Shown here one piece after another: positions 27,655 to 41,680 of a stretch of DNA of 64,000 nucleotides (position 1 is the stretch's first letter; each line of letters begins with the position of its first letter). The notes beneath the pieces were generated by a model. That model ran no database searches, was not told the DNA's origin, and was given only the letters and a program-made list of their open reading frames with translations. A program made the translations under genes and the position numbers. The DNA is from Eledone cirrhosa (Eukaryota), in the NCBI GenBank assembly GCA_964016885.1, contig OZ024741.1, forward strand, positions 405,976,001 through 406,040,000, in the 5' to 3' direction.

Positions 27655-28790
27655 TTTTGAGTCTCGAATAATCGTCCCCACACCCCTTATTAATTTTTCA
27701 GATATTTTCCTACCCGTCCACCCCCGCTCTTATTCCACACCCCCTCCTATTAATTTTTGATAATCTATCTCCGGCGATATTTTATTCCTAGTGGTAGCCA
27801 TTCCTGCAACAATTTTCTACATTACTAGAAATCCCATAAAATATATAGAATAGGTTGGGGTCTCTGTAAACTAAACGTTTAATTCTGGTTTTGTTTGTTT
27901 TTTTAATCAACGGAGACAACTTAGAAAAATTACCGATTTTCCACCCCAACCCCCGCGCATATCCGCCCCCGTGCTTATTCTAAACCCCCGCACTTATTCT
28001 AACTTATTCTACCCCCCCCTCTAATTCTAAACCACCCCCACTTATTGTAACCCCTGCACTTATTCTAACCCCCACTTATTCTACCCCCCCCCCGCACTTA
28101 TTATAACCCCCCCCTTTATTCTAACCGCCCACTTATTTTAAACCCTACTCTTATTCTAACTTATTCTAAACCCCCCACTTATGCTAACCCCCGCACTTAT
28201 TCTGCCTCCCCCCTATTCTAACCCCCGCACTTATTCTAACCCCCCCCCACTTATGCTAACCCCCGCACTTGTTCTGCTCCCCCTCTATTCTAACCGCCGC
28301 ACATATTCTAACCCCCCCCCACACACACACTTATTTTAACCCCCCACGTATGCTAACCCCCGCACTTATTCTGCCCCCCTATTCTAACCACCGCACTTAT
28401 TGTAACCCACTCCCCACACTTATTTTAAACCCCCCACTTATGCTAACCCCCGCACTTATTCTGACCCCCCCCCCTATTCTAACCGCTCGCACTTATTCTA
28501 CCCTCCCCCCACACTTATTTTAAACCCCCACTTATGCTAACGCCCGCACTTATTCTGCCCCCCCCTATTCTAACCCCCGCACTTATTCTAACACCCCCCC
28601 CACTTATTTTAACCCCCCACTTATGCTAACTCCCGCACTTATTCTGCCCCCCCCCTATTCTAACCTACCTCACTTATTCTAAACCCCGCACTTATTCTAA
28701 ACCCCACACTTATTCACACACCCCACACACACACTTATTCCAATTCCCTCGTTTATTCCAACCCTCACTCCTCTTATTTCCAACACCACT
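27655..28790. repeat. C-rich minisatellite (motif CACTTATTCTAACCCCC, ~17-18 bp), possibly expanded subterminal repeats of a MITE
   Basis: Dense degenerate repeats at 27970-28790. Related TTATT/CCCC motifs from 27655. No matching right-hand TIR identified. Confidence 0.75.
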
Positions 28791-28859
28791 AAAAATTAAA
28801 AAAAGAAAACAAGAAAAGACCATTTCCATTTTAACAGAAAATATTTCCCCCAAACCTCG

Positions 28860-29598
28860 TTATTAGAAGGTTCCATTAGAAGGTTCCATTAGGTTTCATT
28901 AGAAGGTTCCATTAGAAGGTTCCATTAGGTTTCATTAGAAGGTTCCATTAGAAGGTTCCATTAGAAGGTTCCATTAGAAGGTTCCATTAGAAGGTTTCAT
29001 TAGAAGGTTCCATTAGAAGGTTCCATTAGAAGGTTTCATTAGAAGGTTCCATTAGAAGGTTTCATTAGAAGGTTCCATTAGAAGGTTCCATTAGAAGGTT
29101 CCATTAGAAGGTTTCATTAGAAGGTTCCATTAGAAGGTTTCATTAGAAGGTTCCATTAGAAGGTTCCATTAGAAGTTTCCATTAGGTTTCATTAGAAGGT
29201 TTCATTAGAAGGTTCCATTAGAAGGTTTCATTAGAAGGTTCCATTAGAAGGTTCCATTAGAAGGTTCCATTAGAAGGTTTCATTAGAAGGTTCCATTAGA
29301 AGGTTTCATTAGAAGGTTTCATTAGAAGGTTCCATTAGAAGGTTTCATTAGAAGGTTCCATTAGAAGGTTCCATTAGAAGGTTCCATTAGAAGGTTTCAT
29401 TAGAAGGTTCCATTAGAAGGTTTCATTAGAAGGTTCCATTAGAAGGTTTCATTAGAAGGTTTCATTAGAAGGTTCCATTAGAAGGTTTCATTAGAAGGTT
29501 CCATTAGAAGGTTTCATTAGAAGGTTTCATTAGAAGGTTCCATTAGAAGGTTTCATTAGAAGGTTTCATTAGAAGGTTCCATTAGAAGGTTTCATTAG
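28860..29598. repeat. 13-bp minisatellite TTAGAAGGTT(C/T)CA, ~56 copies
   Basis: Direct reading; two alternating variants and a few 10-bp deletion units. Confidence 0.97.
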
Positions 29599-29946
29599 AC
29601 TGTATGTTTCCAAGTATTTCTTCCATCTCTCGCAGACACCACTAATTATATCAACACCTTCAATATATTTAATAGTGAGTCTATTGAAAGTAACTTTGTT
29701 GCTTTATAAATAATACTAATATTTACCTCAGTCTATTTATTGCTAAAGCAAACATAAAATATTGAACATTTTCTACAAATATTTCGGTTATAATTTGGAA
29801 GTAAAGATTGGTTTGGGGGTTGTTTTTTGTGCTGATTTCTGGCGGTTTTGTGTGTTTTGAAGAGCACGAGTTAATTAACATAGTTTCTAATGCAAAGCTG
29901 GAAGATATGACTAAATCCCCGCCATCTACCTTTCTCTCATTCTATC

Positions 29947-29985
<39 letters not shown>

Positions 29986-30110
29986 GAGTAAAAGAGAGAG
30001 AGAGCGAGAAAGAGAAAGAGGCATACACACAGAGATAGATACATTGAGAGAGATAAATAGATAAGACGATAGATCGATAAGTATATATAGATATATAAAT
30101 AGATAGATAA

Positions 30111-30140
30111 CTTTCTTTTTATTTGCCACCAGGGCATCAA
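30111..30140 (-). mobile_element. 30-bp extreme 5'-truncated family-1 LINE 3' end inside degenerate (GATA)n
   Basis: CTTTCTTTTTATTTGCCACCAGGGCATCAA matches the 3' terminus at 36391-36419. Confidence 0.8.
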
Positions 30141-30182
30141 GACAAACAGACAGACAGAGAGACGGACAGATAGATACATATA

Positions 30183-33100
30183 TTTCTTTATTAGCCACAG
30201 GGGTGCACAAGAAAAGGGGACAAAACAAAGACATGCAAAGGATTTTACATACAGTCGTGTAAAAATATAAAACAAACAAATATAACAATCGAAATCCCCA
30301 ATAGGGGGGAAGCGCCACAAATGGGTTGTTTAATACCCCGTAGATAGAACAACCCTCAACTTCAGGAGCGTGTTGTGCAAGTGCTCCTTTCTTCCTTTTG
30401 CTCTCTTCTTCAACCTACAGGCTTATATACAAAAAAGGCCCAATCACTCGGGCTATTCTCGCCACATTCAGCCACCTTTCAGTAAATTTACTGGGGTGCA
30501 GTGCCTCTCTCTCCAGTCTGATTCTCCTTCTAAAGCGGTACTTAAAGAAGGGAATGGGTTTTTGTCCGGAGAGAAAGGCGTCTGTCCTCAGTCCTCTCAA
30601 TCTCGTCCACCATATAACCTCTTTCACCATAGCCGCTGCACAAGGGAAAAGCGCCTCTCTTTCGTTTTTGAAAGAAGTTGGCCGGTTTGATCCTTACTAT
30701 GGACACGGCAGTCAACTGCATTTGTCACATACGCGTAGTTCCACAGGTCGGTTACGCCGGGGCAGTGTACAATTGCGTGCAGGAAGGTTTCAATGTCCTG
30801 CGCGCATCTTGGACTCGTTCTCTTGGAAGGATCCCTGCCTGTAGATCCCTGTCCGTGCCTGTAGATCTTGTCACGAACTGGTAGAGCTCCTCGGTAGCAC
30901 TGCCAGGCCAGGGACCTCTGGAAGTTGACCACAGGTCCCGGACGGAAAGTCCTACCAAACAGACTGGTGAGCCCATCGTCTTCGACACCCAGAGTCTCTC
31001 CGAGCACGTCGTCACCCTTGTAACATACAATCCCTCTGTAGAATGTCGAAGTGGAGTTTCCACTGATTGCTGTGCCCGCTTGCCAGAGGACTGTGAGCGC
31101 CTGAGCGCATTCAATGTGCCAGGCGCCCATCATTTTCGATCTTTTCTTGACCCAAGACTGCAGCTCCGTCAGCGAGACAAGCTGCGGGAAAGCCTGTCTC
31201 ACAAACGGTGCCCACACCGGTTGGGGGTCGGTGAGGAATACCTGGAGTTGCTGCAGTCTCAGCATATGTTTACGCATCATCAGCCACGGTATTCCCAGCC
31301 CTCCGTTGGAAGGGTGCTGACAGCAGACGGATTTCCTCACCAGCGGAGCCTGCTTCTTCCACAGAAACTGGAAGAGCATGCGTTCCATCTTGGCGAGGTG
31401 TTCACGGGACAAGGCACGACAGTCAAGCGGTAGTAGATGATGGACGCTATGAAAGTGTTCGCCACCTCCGCTCGACCTTTCAATGACAGTTTGCACTCTG
31501 CCCACTTCTGGGTGAGCGCAAACACCTTGGCCGTGACCTCGTTCCAGTTTTTCTCCACCTGGAGGTCTGCACCGAACCAGAACCCGAGCAATTTCACCGG
31601 TCCGTCCGTCCAGCGTCCAACGACGCTGTCGGTCGTCATTGGTTTGCCTCTCCACGTACCGAGTTGCAAACCGACTGACTTGTCCTGGTTTAGTTTTGCT
31701 CCCGTCAGCGTTTCGTATTCTTTCAGTAAGTTGCCGATCATCCCGATTTCCAAGGTGCTCGACATCATTACTGTCACGTCGTCGGGATAAGCCGACGCCG
31801 CTTTTCGCAGTCTCGGTTCTAGAAGGATGCCCTGCAACAGCTCCAATTTCCGCAGTAGTGGCTCTAGAGTCAATACATACAGAATGGAGGAGAGAGGGCA
31901 GCCCTGTCGAATGGAACGCGTGATTGCGAACGGATCCGATAGGTAGCCGTTCACCTTGACGCTCGAGCAGATGCTGGTGTGCATCGTCTCGATCCAGCTT
32001 CTGAAACCGGGACCGAAACCGGCCGCCTTGAGAACCACTTCCAAATATCGATGGTCGACCCTGTTGAATGCCTTAGACTGATCCAAATTGATCAGACCCC
32101 CACCGAAGCCGGGTTTACTACCCACCCTCGCTATGATGTATCGCATGAGGTGGAGGTTGTCGTATATGGACCTGGTCGGGATTGCACACGTTTGCGCTTT
32201 CTCTACCAGGTTCTCGACGACAAGCGCCGACCTCGTCGCTAGGACCTTGGCCAAAATCTTTAACTCTGTGTTGAGCCGCGTTATGGGCCTGAAGTTGTTA
32301 ATTTCGTCCTCCTTGTTCTCGTCTTTCCTGATCAGCGTTACTACGCCCTTGCCTGCAGAACTGGGAATTCTCTCGTTCTGCTGCCAATTGCAGTAGACGG
32401 CTTCGAGGACGCCAGAGAACGAGTCCGGCATGCCTATGTAAAACTCATAGGGTAGACCATCTAGACCGGGTGACTTGCGTTTCCCGCAGCGGCCCAGAGC
32501 GTCCCGTATCTCAGTGTCCGTGATCGGTCTTTCACAGAACTCGCCGTCCGTGTTCGAGAGACGCAGCAAACCGTCGAAGTATGAACTAAAGTCCATTGCC
32601 CCGTTCGGCTCACCGTCGTTCTGCTCAAACAGTCGCGCAAAGTGCTGCTGAAAGGCCGCGCACATTCGCTTGAGGTCAAGTAGCACGCGTCCGTTTTGGT
32701 CTTTCAAAGACCGAATCGTAGACTTGTTGCCACTTTTTGCCTCCGCCACTCGGGCCCAACTGACAGCTTTCGCTCCTTCGTGTTTCGCGTTGAAGAACTG
32801 GTCCAGTGCCGTTCTCGACGCTAACACTCTAACCGTGTTGCCACTTCTAAGTGGGTGCTGGAGGGGTGTTGGGTGGGGTGGGGAAACATTTTAACAGGAC
32901 GCGGTTGATGGGTTTCTTGCAGGGGGTGCTCACGTCTAGCCAAAATTTATTTTTCATGTCACTATAGGTCTCCATAGAAACCCTTATAAGTTTAAGGTGT
33001 GGGGACGATTCTGCTTTGACGAAAGTTTTGCCCTCCGTCTCCACCTTGGGGTTTGGGGAGATGACCTCCATTAAACTCTTGTTGCTTGTGTTGATGTATG

Positions 33101-34836
33101 CGTATTGTTGTTTGTGTTTTTGTTGTGTTGTTTTAGTTTGTTGTTCGTCCGGGAGTTTTCTTTTTATGGTGGGTGCTTGTGTTTGGGGTTGTGTTGGTGT
33201 TGGTTTTGCTCTAGGGGGATGTTTGACTGTGGTGTTGTTTGTGTTGTTGGTTGTGTCTGTGGTTGTGTGTTGGTGTTGGTGATTGGAGTTTTGGGGGTTT
33301 TGTGGTATCTCTTTTTTTGTATTTTAGATTTCCGAGGCTCTCCTTCTTCTTCACTTAAAGAAGGGGAAGCAGCCTCATCTGTTGCTGAATAATCATCGTC
33401 AAGAGTGTAGTTGTGGTGTTTCGGTGTGTGTGTTTGTGGTAGTGTTTGATGGTGGGGCTGTGTTCATCAGGGGTGTTGTCTGTGTTTTTTCTGTTGTTGG
33501 TTGAGTGGCTGTTTGTTTTGGTGTGTTTGCTTGTTTCGTGAGTTGTTGTGGTGGTGGTCGTGGTTGTTTGGGTATTGGTGTTGGTAACGGTGTTTTCTTT
33601 TGTATTATTTTGGTTGACCGTGTTTGTAAAGGGCAGAAAGCCTTTAGGTGGTTGTGCTACCACAGCGAAAGCAATGAAATTTACGCCCCTCCACCGAAAT
33701 GTTTATTATGTTGTTGTCGTCGATGACGACTTTTTCGGGTATTTTGAAGATTCTCTCCGGCCTCATTTGCATCAGAATCTCCAAATCAGTACCCGCCCAC
33801 CTTTGTCTAATAGACTTTCGTATTGAAAGAATGGCATCAGTCTCTGGCTCTACGAAGCCAGCCACGATCCACCAGATGTTAATGTTTTTTTTTTTTGTGT
33901 GTCCTTTTTCCCATATACGTAGAGAAATAGGTGAATGCTTTTGACACCATTGGTGTCACAGAATGTTTTGGGGCGAGTGCCTCGCTTTTAAACAGTACGG
34001 AAATACTTCCGTACAGTTTTCCTCGTTGGAGAAAGTCAATATTTGCTAGAGTGTCCTTCAATGTGGCTTCTATGTCTGCTTGACTCACAAATATTGGCTT
34101 TCTCATTGTGTTGGAGACAGTCCTGAAGGTCACTGACCTTCGAACTGTCTCTTCTTTTATATCGAGGGGTGAGTTGATTCTAAACCCACCCTTGTCTTCG
34201 AAAGTTACAGATTTTCTCCCTTGCTGGAGCATATTTCTTGCATTGGAGATGTCAAGATTTATAAAATCTTGTTTTTTGTTCACTTTTTCAGCGAAAGACA
34301 TTATTTTTTGTGGTGTTGTTGTTATCGTTGTTAGCCTCGTTGTTGGAAATCGCAATTTCTTGACGAGGTGAAACTTTATGTGAAGATGTATCTATGGAGT
34401 TGTTGTTGTCTTTTTCATGTGTGTGTATATTAATAGGTTTAATTCCTGTGTTTTCCTGTGTGTTTTTTTTTCTCGCTTGGACAGTAGAAATTTTAAAATC
34501 TTAAAGTGGTGATATTAATTTTTTCTCTTATCCATGGCGACGTCCATAGTAGCAGAAGCAGATATAACGTTAATATCTGCCTCTCTACCTCTCTTCTCTC
34601 TGTCGACGTTCTCCGGCGTTCTTTCCGAGCTATTCATGTTTTATAGTTGGCAAAATTTGATATTTTAAAACAATTTTTAAATTAAATTTTCGCCACTAAA
34701 GGGGCGAAAATGGGATTACCACCCAGCTGACAATTCAGCTTGGCGGTTAATCTACAAAATGATATGTTTTTTCAAACAATTTGTTCAGTTTTTTGTATGG
34801 AAATTTACAAAAAAGCTTACCGGCGATGTTCCACGC

Positions 34837-34838
<2 letters not shown>
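30183..34838 (-). mobile_element. Tx1/L1-clade LINE, diverged family 2; 5' end retained but endonuclease region deleted; degraded
   Basis: 5' UTR next to (GATA)n at 34839; ORF1 fragments (33879-34355, 33644-33865 with VEGRKFHCFRCG); RT (KSPGLDG, NFRPI, DQSKAFNRV, SIRQGCPLS, AYPDD). ORF1 tail joins directly to the post-endonuclease region near 32845. Confidence 0.9.
30415..32827 (-). pseudogene. ORF2 remnant (RT plus C-terminal Cys/His domain) of the family-2 LINE
   Basis: ORFs 31337-32827, 30624-31655 and 30415-30630 in shifting frames. Confidence 0.9.

Positions 34839-34887
<49 letters not shown>
34839..34887. repeat. (GATA)n spacer between LINE copies
   Basis: Direct reading. Confidence 0.97.
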
Positions 34888-36322
34888 GAATTTTTTTATT
34901 AGCCACAAGGGCACAAAAGAAGGGGACAAATACAAATGGGGAGTTTACATACAGGTATGTGAAAATAAAACTATTAATACAATAACAAATAACGATTGAA
35001 ATCCCCAATAGGGGGGGGGGGTTACACAGGGGTTGTACACACCCCGAAAAAATGTACAACCCTCATCTCCAGGAGGACCAAGAGTGAGTACTCCCTTCCT
35101 CTCTTCCTCTTTTTCCTCAACCTACAGGCTTATATAGAGAGAAGGCCCAACCACTCGGGCCATCTTTGCCACATTCACCCACCTTTTATAAAATTTGCTG
35201 GATTACAGCACCTCTCTCTCTATGCTGATTCTTCTTCCAAAATAATATTTGAAAAAACGGATCAGTTGCTCGCCGGAGAGAAAGGTGTCTGACCTCAGCC
35301 CATTTAACCTCGTCCACCATATAACCTCTTTCACCATAGCCATAACACAAAGGAAAACCGCCTCTCCCTCGTTTTTTAAGGAGGGTGGCGGTTTCATCAT
35401 GACAATGGACTCGGTGGTCAACTGGATTGGTCCCACCCGCGACAATAGTTGTTCTACATAGCCCCACAGGTCGGTAACGCCCGGGCAGTGTACAAATGCG
35501 TGTGCGATGGTTTCCTCGTCGCGCACGCATCTCGGACAGATCTTTTTCGAAGGGTCCCTACCCGGGCGCCCGTGTCTGTAGAGCTTGTCTCGAACTGGTA
35601 GAGCTCCTCGGTAGTACTGCCAGGCCAGGGACTTTTGGAAGTTGTCCATTGGTCCCGGGCGGAAGGTCCTACCGAACAGACTGGCCAGTTCGTCCTCCTC
35701 TACTCCTAGAGTTTCTCCGAGCGTGTTGTCGCACTTGCTGCGGACCAACCCTCTATAGAATGTCGAAGTGGAGTCTCCACTGATCGCCGGGTCTGGTTGC
35801 CAGAGGACTGTGAGCGCCTGAGCACATTCGATGTGCCAGTCGCCAATTTTCCTCAGTCTTTGCTTGACCTAGGACTGCAGCTCGGTCAGCGAGACGAGTC
35901 GTGGGAAGGCTCGCCTCACGAACGGGGCCCACACCGGTTGTCTGGTGAGAAATACGTGGAGGTGCCGCAGGCTGGGCGCCTGTTTGCGCATCGTCAGCCA
36001 CGGCATCCCCAGCCCTCCGTTTGAAAGGTGTTGGCAGCAGATGGAACTACTCACCAAAGGAGCCCGCTTCTTCCTAAGGAATTGGAAGAGCACGCGCTCC
36101 ATTTTGGTGAGCGTTTTGGCTGACAAGGCACAACGGTCAAGCGGTAGTAGATTACGGACGCTATAAAAGTATTCGCCACCTCCGCTCGACCTTTCAAGGA
36201 TAGTTTGCACTCGGCCCACTTCTGGGTGAGCGCAAACACCTTGGCCGTCACCTCGTTCCAGTTCTTCTTCACCTGGAGGTTAGGACCAAACCAGACCCCG
36301 AGCAGCTTTACCGGTCCTTCCG
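34888..36322 (-). mobile_element. 5'-truncated Tx1/L1-clade LINE (family 3)
   Basis: ORF2 C-terminal fragments (EGPVKLLGVWFG..CPRCVRDEETIAHAFVHC); 3' UTR ends GTGGCTAATAAAAAAATTC then (ATCT)n. Confidence 0.93.
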
Positions 36323-36325
36323 ATT

Positions 36326-36389
<64 letters not shown>

Positions 36390-36390
36390 T
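36326..36390. repeat. (GATA)n spacer between LINE copies
   Basis: Direct reading. Confidence 0.97.
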
Positions 36391-36653
36391 GTTTCTTTTA
36401 TTTGCCACCAGGGCATCAAAAGCGGGACAAGTACAATGGGGGGAGTTTACAAAACAAGGCGTCCTCAATAAGGAGGAGGCAATAAGAATATATAAAAATA
36501 AAATAAAATATAACAAAAAATAAAATTTATAACAAAGTCCTCAATAGAGAGGAGGCGCCTTGGGGGGTCGCACACACCCCCGAAAAAAGTGTGCAACCCT
36601 TTTCCTCGGGAGCACAGAGAAGGGGTGCTCCCTTGGTCTTTCATCTTCTTCAC

Positions 36654-39600
36654 CTATAGTCTGATGTAGAGTGAAGGCCCATTCACACGGGCCATTATCG
36701 CCACTTTCACCCATCTTTCATAAAAACGGCTGGGGTGCAGCACCTCTCTCTCCACCCTGATCCAATGATATTGGAAGAAACGGACCAGTTGTTGGCCAGA
36801 GAGAAAGGTGTCTGACCTCAGTCCTTTCAGACGCGTCCACCATACAACCTCTTTCGCCATGGCTATTACGCACAGAAACACCGCCTCTTCTTCGTTTTTG
36901 AAGAGGGGAGGCGGCTTGATCGTTACAATAGACTCGGTGGTCAACCGGATCGTTCCCACCCTTGACAGCAGTTGTTCGACATAGCTCCACAGATCGGCAA
37001 TGCCCGAGCAGTGTACCAATGCGTGTGCAACGGTTTCCTCGTCGCACACGCATCTGGGACAGATCTTTTTCGAGGGGTCCCTACCCGGGAGCCCGTGTCT
37101 GTAGAGCCTTTCTCGAACGGGCAGAGCCCTTCTGTAACATTGCACACTCGGTGTGCCAGACGCCCAGTTTTCTCGGTCTTTGCTTGACCCAGGATTGCAG
37201 CTCGGTGAGTGAGACGAGTCTGGGAAAGGCTCGCCTCACAAACGGGGCCCACACCGGTTGACCGGAGAGGAATACCTGAAGGTGGCGTAGCCTTAATGCG
37301 TGTTTACATATCATTAGCCACGGCATCCCCAGCGCTCCTTTCGAAGGGTGTTGACAGCAGATGGATCTTCTCACCATAGGAGTCCGCTCCTTCCAAAGGA
37401 ATTGGAAGAGTGCGCGCTCCATTTTGGCGAGCGTTTCCCTTCGGCAAGGCACAACGGTCAGGCGGTAGTAGATGACGGACGCGATATAAGTGTTCGCCAC
37501 CTCTGCCCAACCTTTCAGGGACAGTTTGCACTCGGCCCACTTCTGGGTCAGTGCAAACACCCTGTTCGTTACCTCACCCCAGTTCTTCTCCACCTGGAGG
37601 TCTGGTCCGAACCAGACCCCGAGCAACTTCACCGGGCCCTCCGTCCAGCGCCCGACGACGCCATCGGAGGGCATCGATCTGCCCTCCACGTGCCGAGTTG
37701 CAGACCGATCGACTTGTCCCGGTTCAGCTTAGCCCCTGTAAACCTTTCGTACTCCTCCAGTAAGGTGCCGATCGCCCCGATTTCCGAGGCCGTCGACACC
37801 ATTACTGTTACGTCATCGGCGTAGGCTGACACCGCTTTCCGCAATTCCGGTTCCAACAGGATGCCCTGCAACAACTCCAACTTCCGCAGCAGTGGCTCTA
37901 GAGTCATTACATACAGAAGGGAGGAGAGAGGGCACCCCTGTCGGATGGACCGCGCGATTTCGAACGGCTCCGAGAGGTAGCCGTTCACCTTGACCCTAGA
38001 GCAGATGCGGCTGCTGTACATGGCATTGATCCAGCCCCTGAAACACGGTCCGAAGCCTGCCGCCGCTTACACCGCATCCAGGTAACCATGGTTGACCCTA
38101 TCGAATGCCTTAGATTGATCCAAGTTGATCGGGGCCCCACCAAAGCCGGGTTCGTTCCCAACCCTCTCTATGATGTATCGCATGAGGTGGAGGTTGTCGT
38201 GGATGGACCTGGACGGGATAGCACAAGTCTGCGCATCTCCCACCAGGTTGCCCACGACAAGCGCCAACCTCTTTGCTAACACCTTGGCCAAAATCTGTAA
38301 CTCTGTATTTACCAGAGTTATGGGCCTGAAATTATTTATATCGTCCCCCTTGTTCTAGTCCTTCCTCACTAGCGTGACTACGCCCTTGGTCACAGCACAG
38401 GGAATTCTCCCGTTCTGTTGCCAGTTGCAGTAGACCGCCTCGAGGATATCGGGGAACAAGTCCGGCATAGCTAGATATAGTTCGTATGGAAGACCATCGA
38501 GACCCGGGGATTTGCGTTTGCCGCATTGGCTCAGCACGTCCTCTATCTCAGCGGCTGAAATCGGCTCCTCGCAGGACTTCGCCTCCCTGTCCGAGAGATG
38601 CGGCAGGCCGTCGAGGTATGGACCGAAGTCCACATCCCCAACCGGCCCCCCGCCCCTTCCGAACAATCCGGCAAAGTGCTTTTGAAAAGCCTCGCACATC
38701 TGCTTAGGTTCAAGGATCACTCGTCCATCCTGGTCTCGCAAAGATCGGATAGTGGATTTGCTCCCTCTTTTGGCTTCTGTCACGCGGGCCGAGCTAACAG
38801 CTTTGGTCCCCTCGTTTCCCAGAGCACGTATTTTTCTTCGTACCATGCAGCCTTCGTGTTTCGCGTCGAAGAACTGGCCCAGGGCCGTTCTCGACGCTAG
38901 CACTCTGGCCACGTCGCCGCTTCTAATTGCCTCTTCTACACTATCTACCAACTCCCTTTCCTTCCTATTTCTATTTGAGGCTAACTCCTTACTAAATTCT
39001 ATAGAGACTACTCTAATCTCTCTTTTGAGAGATCCCCACCACCTGCTGTTGACGATGGCGCCTGTCAACCGCTCCTTAACTAAAGTGCTAATCCGGTCCC
39101 TGTAAGCCTTAATTGCCGGTAAGGACAAGTTGAGCTTCTACTAACCGGGTCCTTGTCTATGAGTTCTTTCAAGGTTGACCATGCAGGTCACTAACTTGTG
39201 GTCTGAATAGCCAACCATGCGCATTTTCGGACAACTTAAAAAGTCCTTACCTTAATTCTAACTAAGAACCTATCTAGGTACGACCTAGATGATCCGCTAC
39301 GATTTGCCCAAGTCCAGGTTGGCGCAGTCGGAAAATCTAGTCGATATCTATCGGCCAGGTCAAATCGACCGATTAACCCTTTGAGGCTATTACACCCCTC
39401 TCTATCGGGACAGGCCCCTACGTAGTCCCAGCGTGCAACTAGGATACCATTCCAGTCCCCCACTAATAGCAAGGAGCGGGACGTCCCTAAAAAAGTCTCC
39501 AGACGATGGAAGAAGTCCGGCCGCATTGACCCGAAAGGGCCGGAGGCGGCTACCAACCTAAACGCTCCGCCTTTACCACTGCCAATGTCCAGAACCACTA

Positions 39601-39877
39601 GTCGACCCTCTGGGACGAAATGTACCATCTGTGTTGCGAGACCCAGATGTTTTTGCAGCAGAACGACAACTCCACCCCCACCTCCGGGCTGACAGAGAGA
39701 TGCGTGCATCTCAAAGTCATCAAAGGTGGGGGCCAGCTGTCGCACGTTGCTGATCCGGGCCTCGCAAATAACCATCACATATATACGTTGTGACCTGAGG
39801 TCATTTAGAAGCATTGCTTGCTTCCAAGTTGAGCCCAGGCCACGCGCATTTAAACGGCCTACTCTTAGCATAGCCAT
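36654..39877 (-). pseudogene. ORF2 (APE endonuclease, RT, C-terminal Cys/His domain), disrupted
   Basis: LNARGL, GDWN, SYLDRFL; KSPGLDG, DQSKAFDRV, IRQGCPLS, YADD; CPRC..HALVHC across several frames. Confidence 0.93.
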
Positions 39878-39901
39878 GTTGGTGGTGAAGAGAAAAGGCA
39901 C

Positions 39902-41680
39902 TTACCTCTCTGCGTCCCGGGTATCGGGCTGCACAATTTCCATTAGGGTGGGGGATGGGTTGTTGGGTGGGGTGGTGGTTTGTGGAAGTGTAGGGGCATC
40001 AGTGTTTTGTGTGGTTGGGGAGTTTGTAGTTGTGTGGGTGTTTGGGGAGGGGGTGGGGTAGTTTTTTTAGAAGGACGTGGTTAATGGGCCCGATGCAGGG
40101 GGGACCCACGTCCTCTTTAAAGTTGTTTTTTATAGTTTTATAAGTGTCCTGTGGGGCCTTAATCATTTTGAGGTGGGGGAAATCCCCTGCCTGGGTGAAG
40201 TTAGGCCCTTGTGTTTTTATTAGATTGTTGTTGTACACAATGTTTAACAGTTTTTTTGTTTCTTGTGTTTATGTATGTGTATGCATGTTTTTGTTTTTGT
40301 GTGGTGTTTTTTGTTTGCTGTTGTTGTGAGCTCTTTTGTGTTGGTGTCAGTGTTATGTTTTGGGGAGGGTTTTTTTTCATTTGTGTGTCTGAGGTGTGTT
40401 TTCTTTTTTTTTTCTTTTGATTGTTTGGAAGTGCTCCTCCTCGTCTAACGACGAACTAGGGTCATCTTCCGCGTTGGAGGGGAGGGGTATATTTTCGGGT
40501 TGTGTTTGCGGTGCGGGTGTTTTGGAAATTGTTTTTGTTTTTTGAGTGGAGGGGATGGGTTGGACATTGTTTTGTTTTGGTTTGAGCTGTGGTTGTTGTT
40601 TTTGTAGTGGTAGTTGTGGTGATTGTGTTGGTTGTGCAGTTGTTGGTGGTGTAGGCAGGATTGGGGTTTTCTTATCAAGTTGGGGACAGACAGCCCTCAG
40701 GTGACCTCTGGTTCCGCAGAGGTAACACGAGGGCCGTCTACCCTCAACGGTAATGTTGATGAAAGTTTGATCATCCAGTATGACGCGTTCAGGGATCTGG
40801 GCGATCCTTTCGGGCCTCATTTGAACTACAATTTCGAGGCTCGTTCCACTGAACGCGTCACCCGATGCCTTTCCCATGGACACCAGCGTGTCATTATCCA
40901 GGTTCAGGAAACCTGTCAAAACCCACCATATGTCCATAATCGGCAGGATGGTGTGGATTTTTATTTTTTGTGTTCTTCTACCCATGTACGTAGGGTAGAA
41001 GGTGTATGCGGTGGAAGTGATTGGTTTGATGGACAGTTTCACTGCTGTGTCCCTGTCCTTCATGAGAATGGATAGACTCCCGTAGAGTCTATCTTTCTGA
41101 ATGAAGGTGATGTCCTTCATGACGTCTTTTAAAACCAGCTCTATCTCACTCTGTGATGGTTGATCTGGTTTTTTGCTTTTATTTGGGACTGTCCTAAACA
41201 TGACAGTGTTTAGGAGTCTCTGGCTTTTTAGTTCGGGGGGGGGGGGGAATGGATCGTGAATGAACCATTTTCCCCGTACACTATATATTTTTTGGCATCT
41301 GCCAATAGCTCCTTCGCTTTGGTTATATCTACTGGCAGATAGTCGAGGATTTTCCTTGCCGTCTGGGCGAAGGAGACCCTTTCCCTGCTTGTGTTGCTGT
41401 TGTAGTTGGTGGTGTTGTTGTTATCACAGTTATTGGTCTTGTTGTTGTTGTTATTGTTATTGGTGTTGTTTTCGTCCGTCGCATTGTTGTTGTTGCTGGT
41501 GCCGCTGGTTCTTTGGTTTGTTGCCATGGCAACGTCAAGTTGTCGGTCAGCAGGTGGAGAAAATCCTTCCTCTAGCTGACCTTTGTTTTTGACCTCTGCT
41601 ACTGTGACAGTGGCAGGGGGAAGCTGTAAGTTCAGCTTCCCCTTTCCTCCTTCGAATTTTGGTGAAGAAGCTTCAGCCAT
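39902..41680 (-). pseudogene. ORF1 (gag-like, CCHC zinc knuckle), frameshifted
   Basis: Fragments 41228-41680, 40377-41201 (CYLCGTRGHLRAVC) and 39999-40238; breaks fall in homopolymer runs. Confidence 0.9.

Noticed and set aside
28860-29598. 13-bp repeat as telomeric sequence or an information-bearing binary pattern
   Set aside because: Not TTAGGG or TTAGG; the C/T variant pattern is explained by ordinary slippage.
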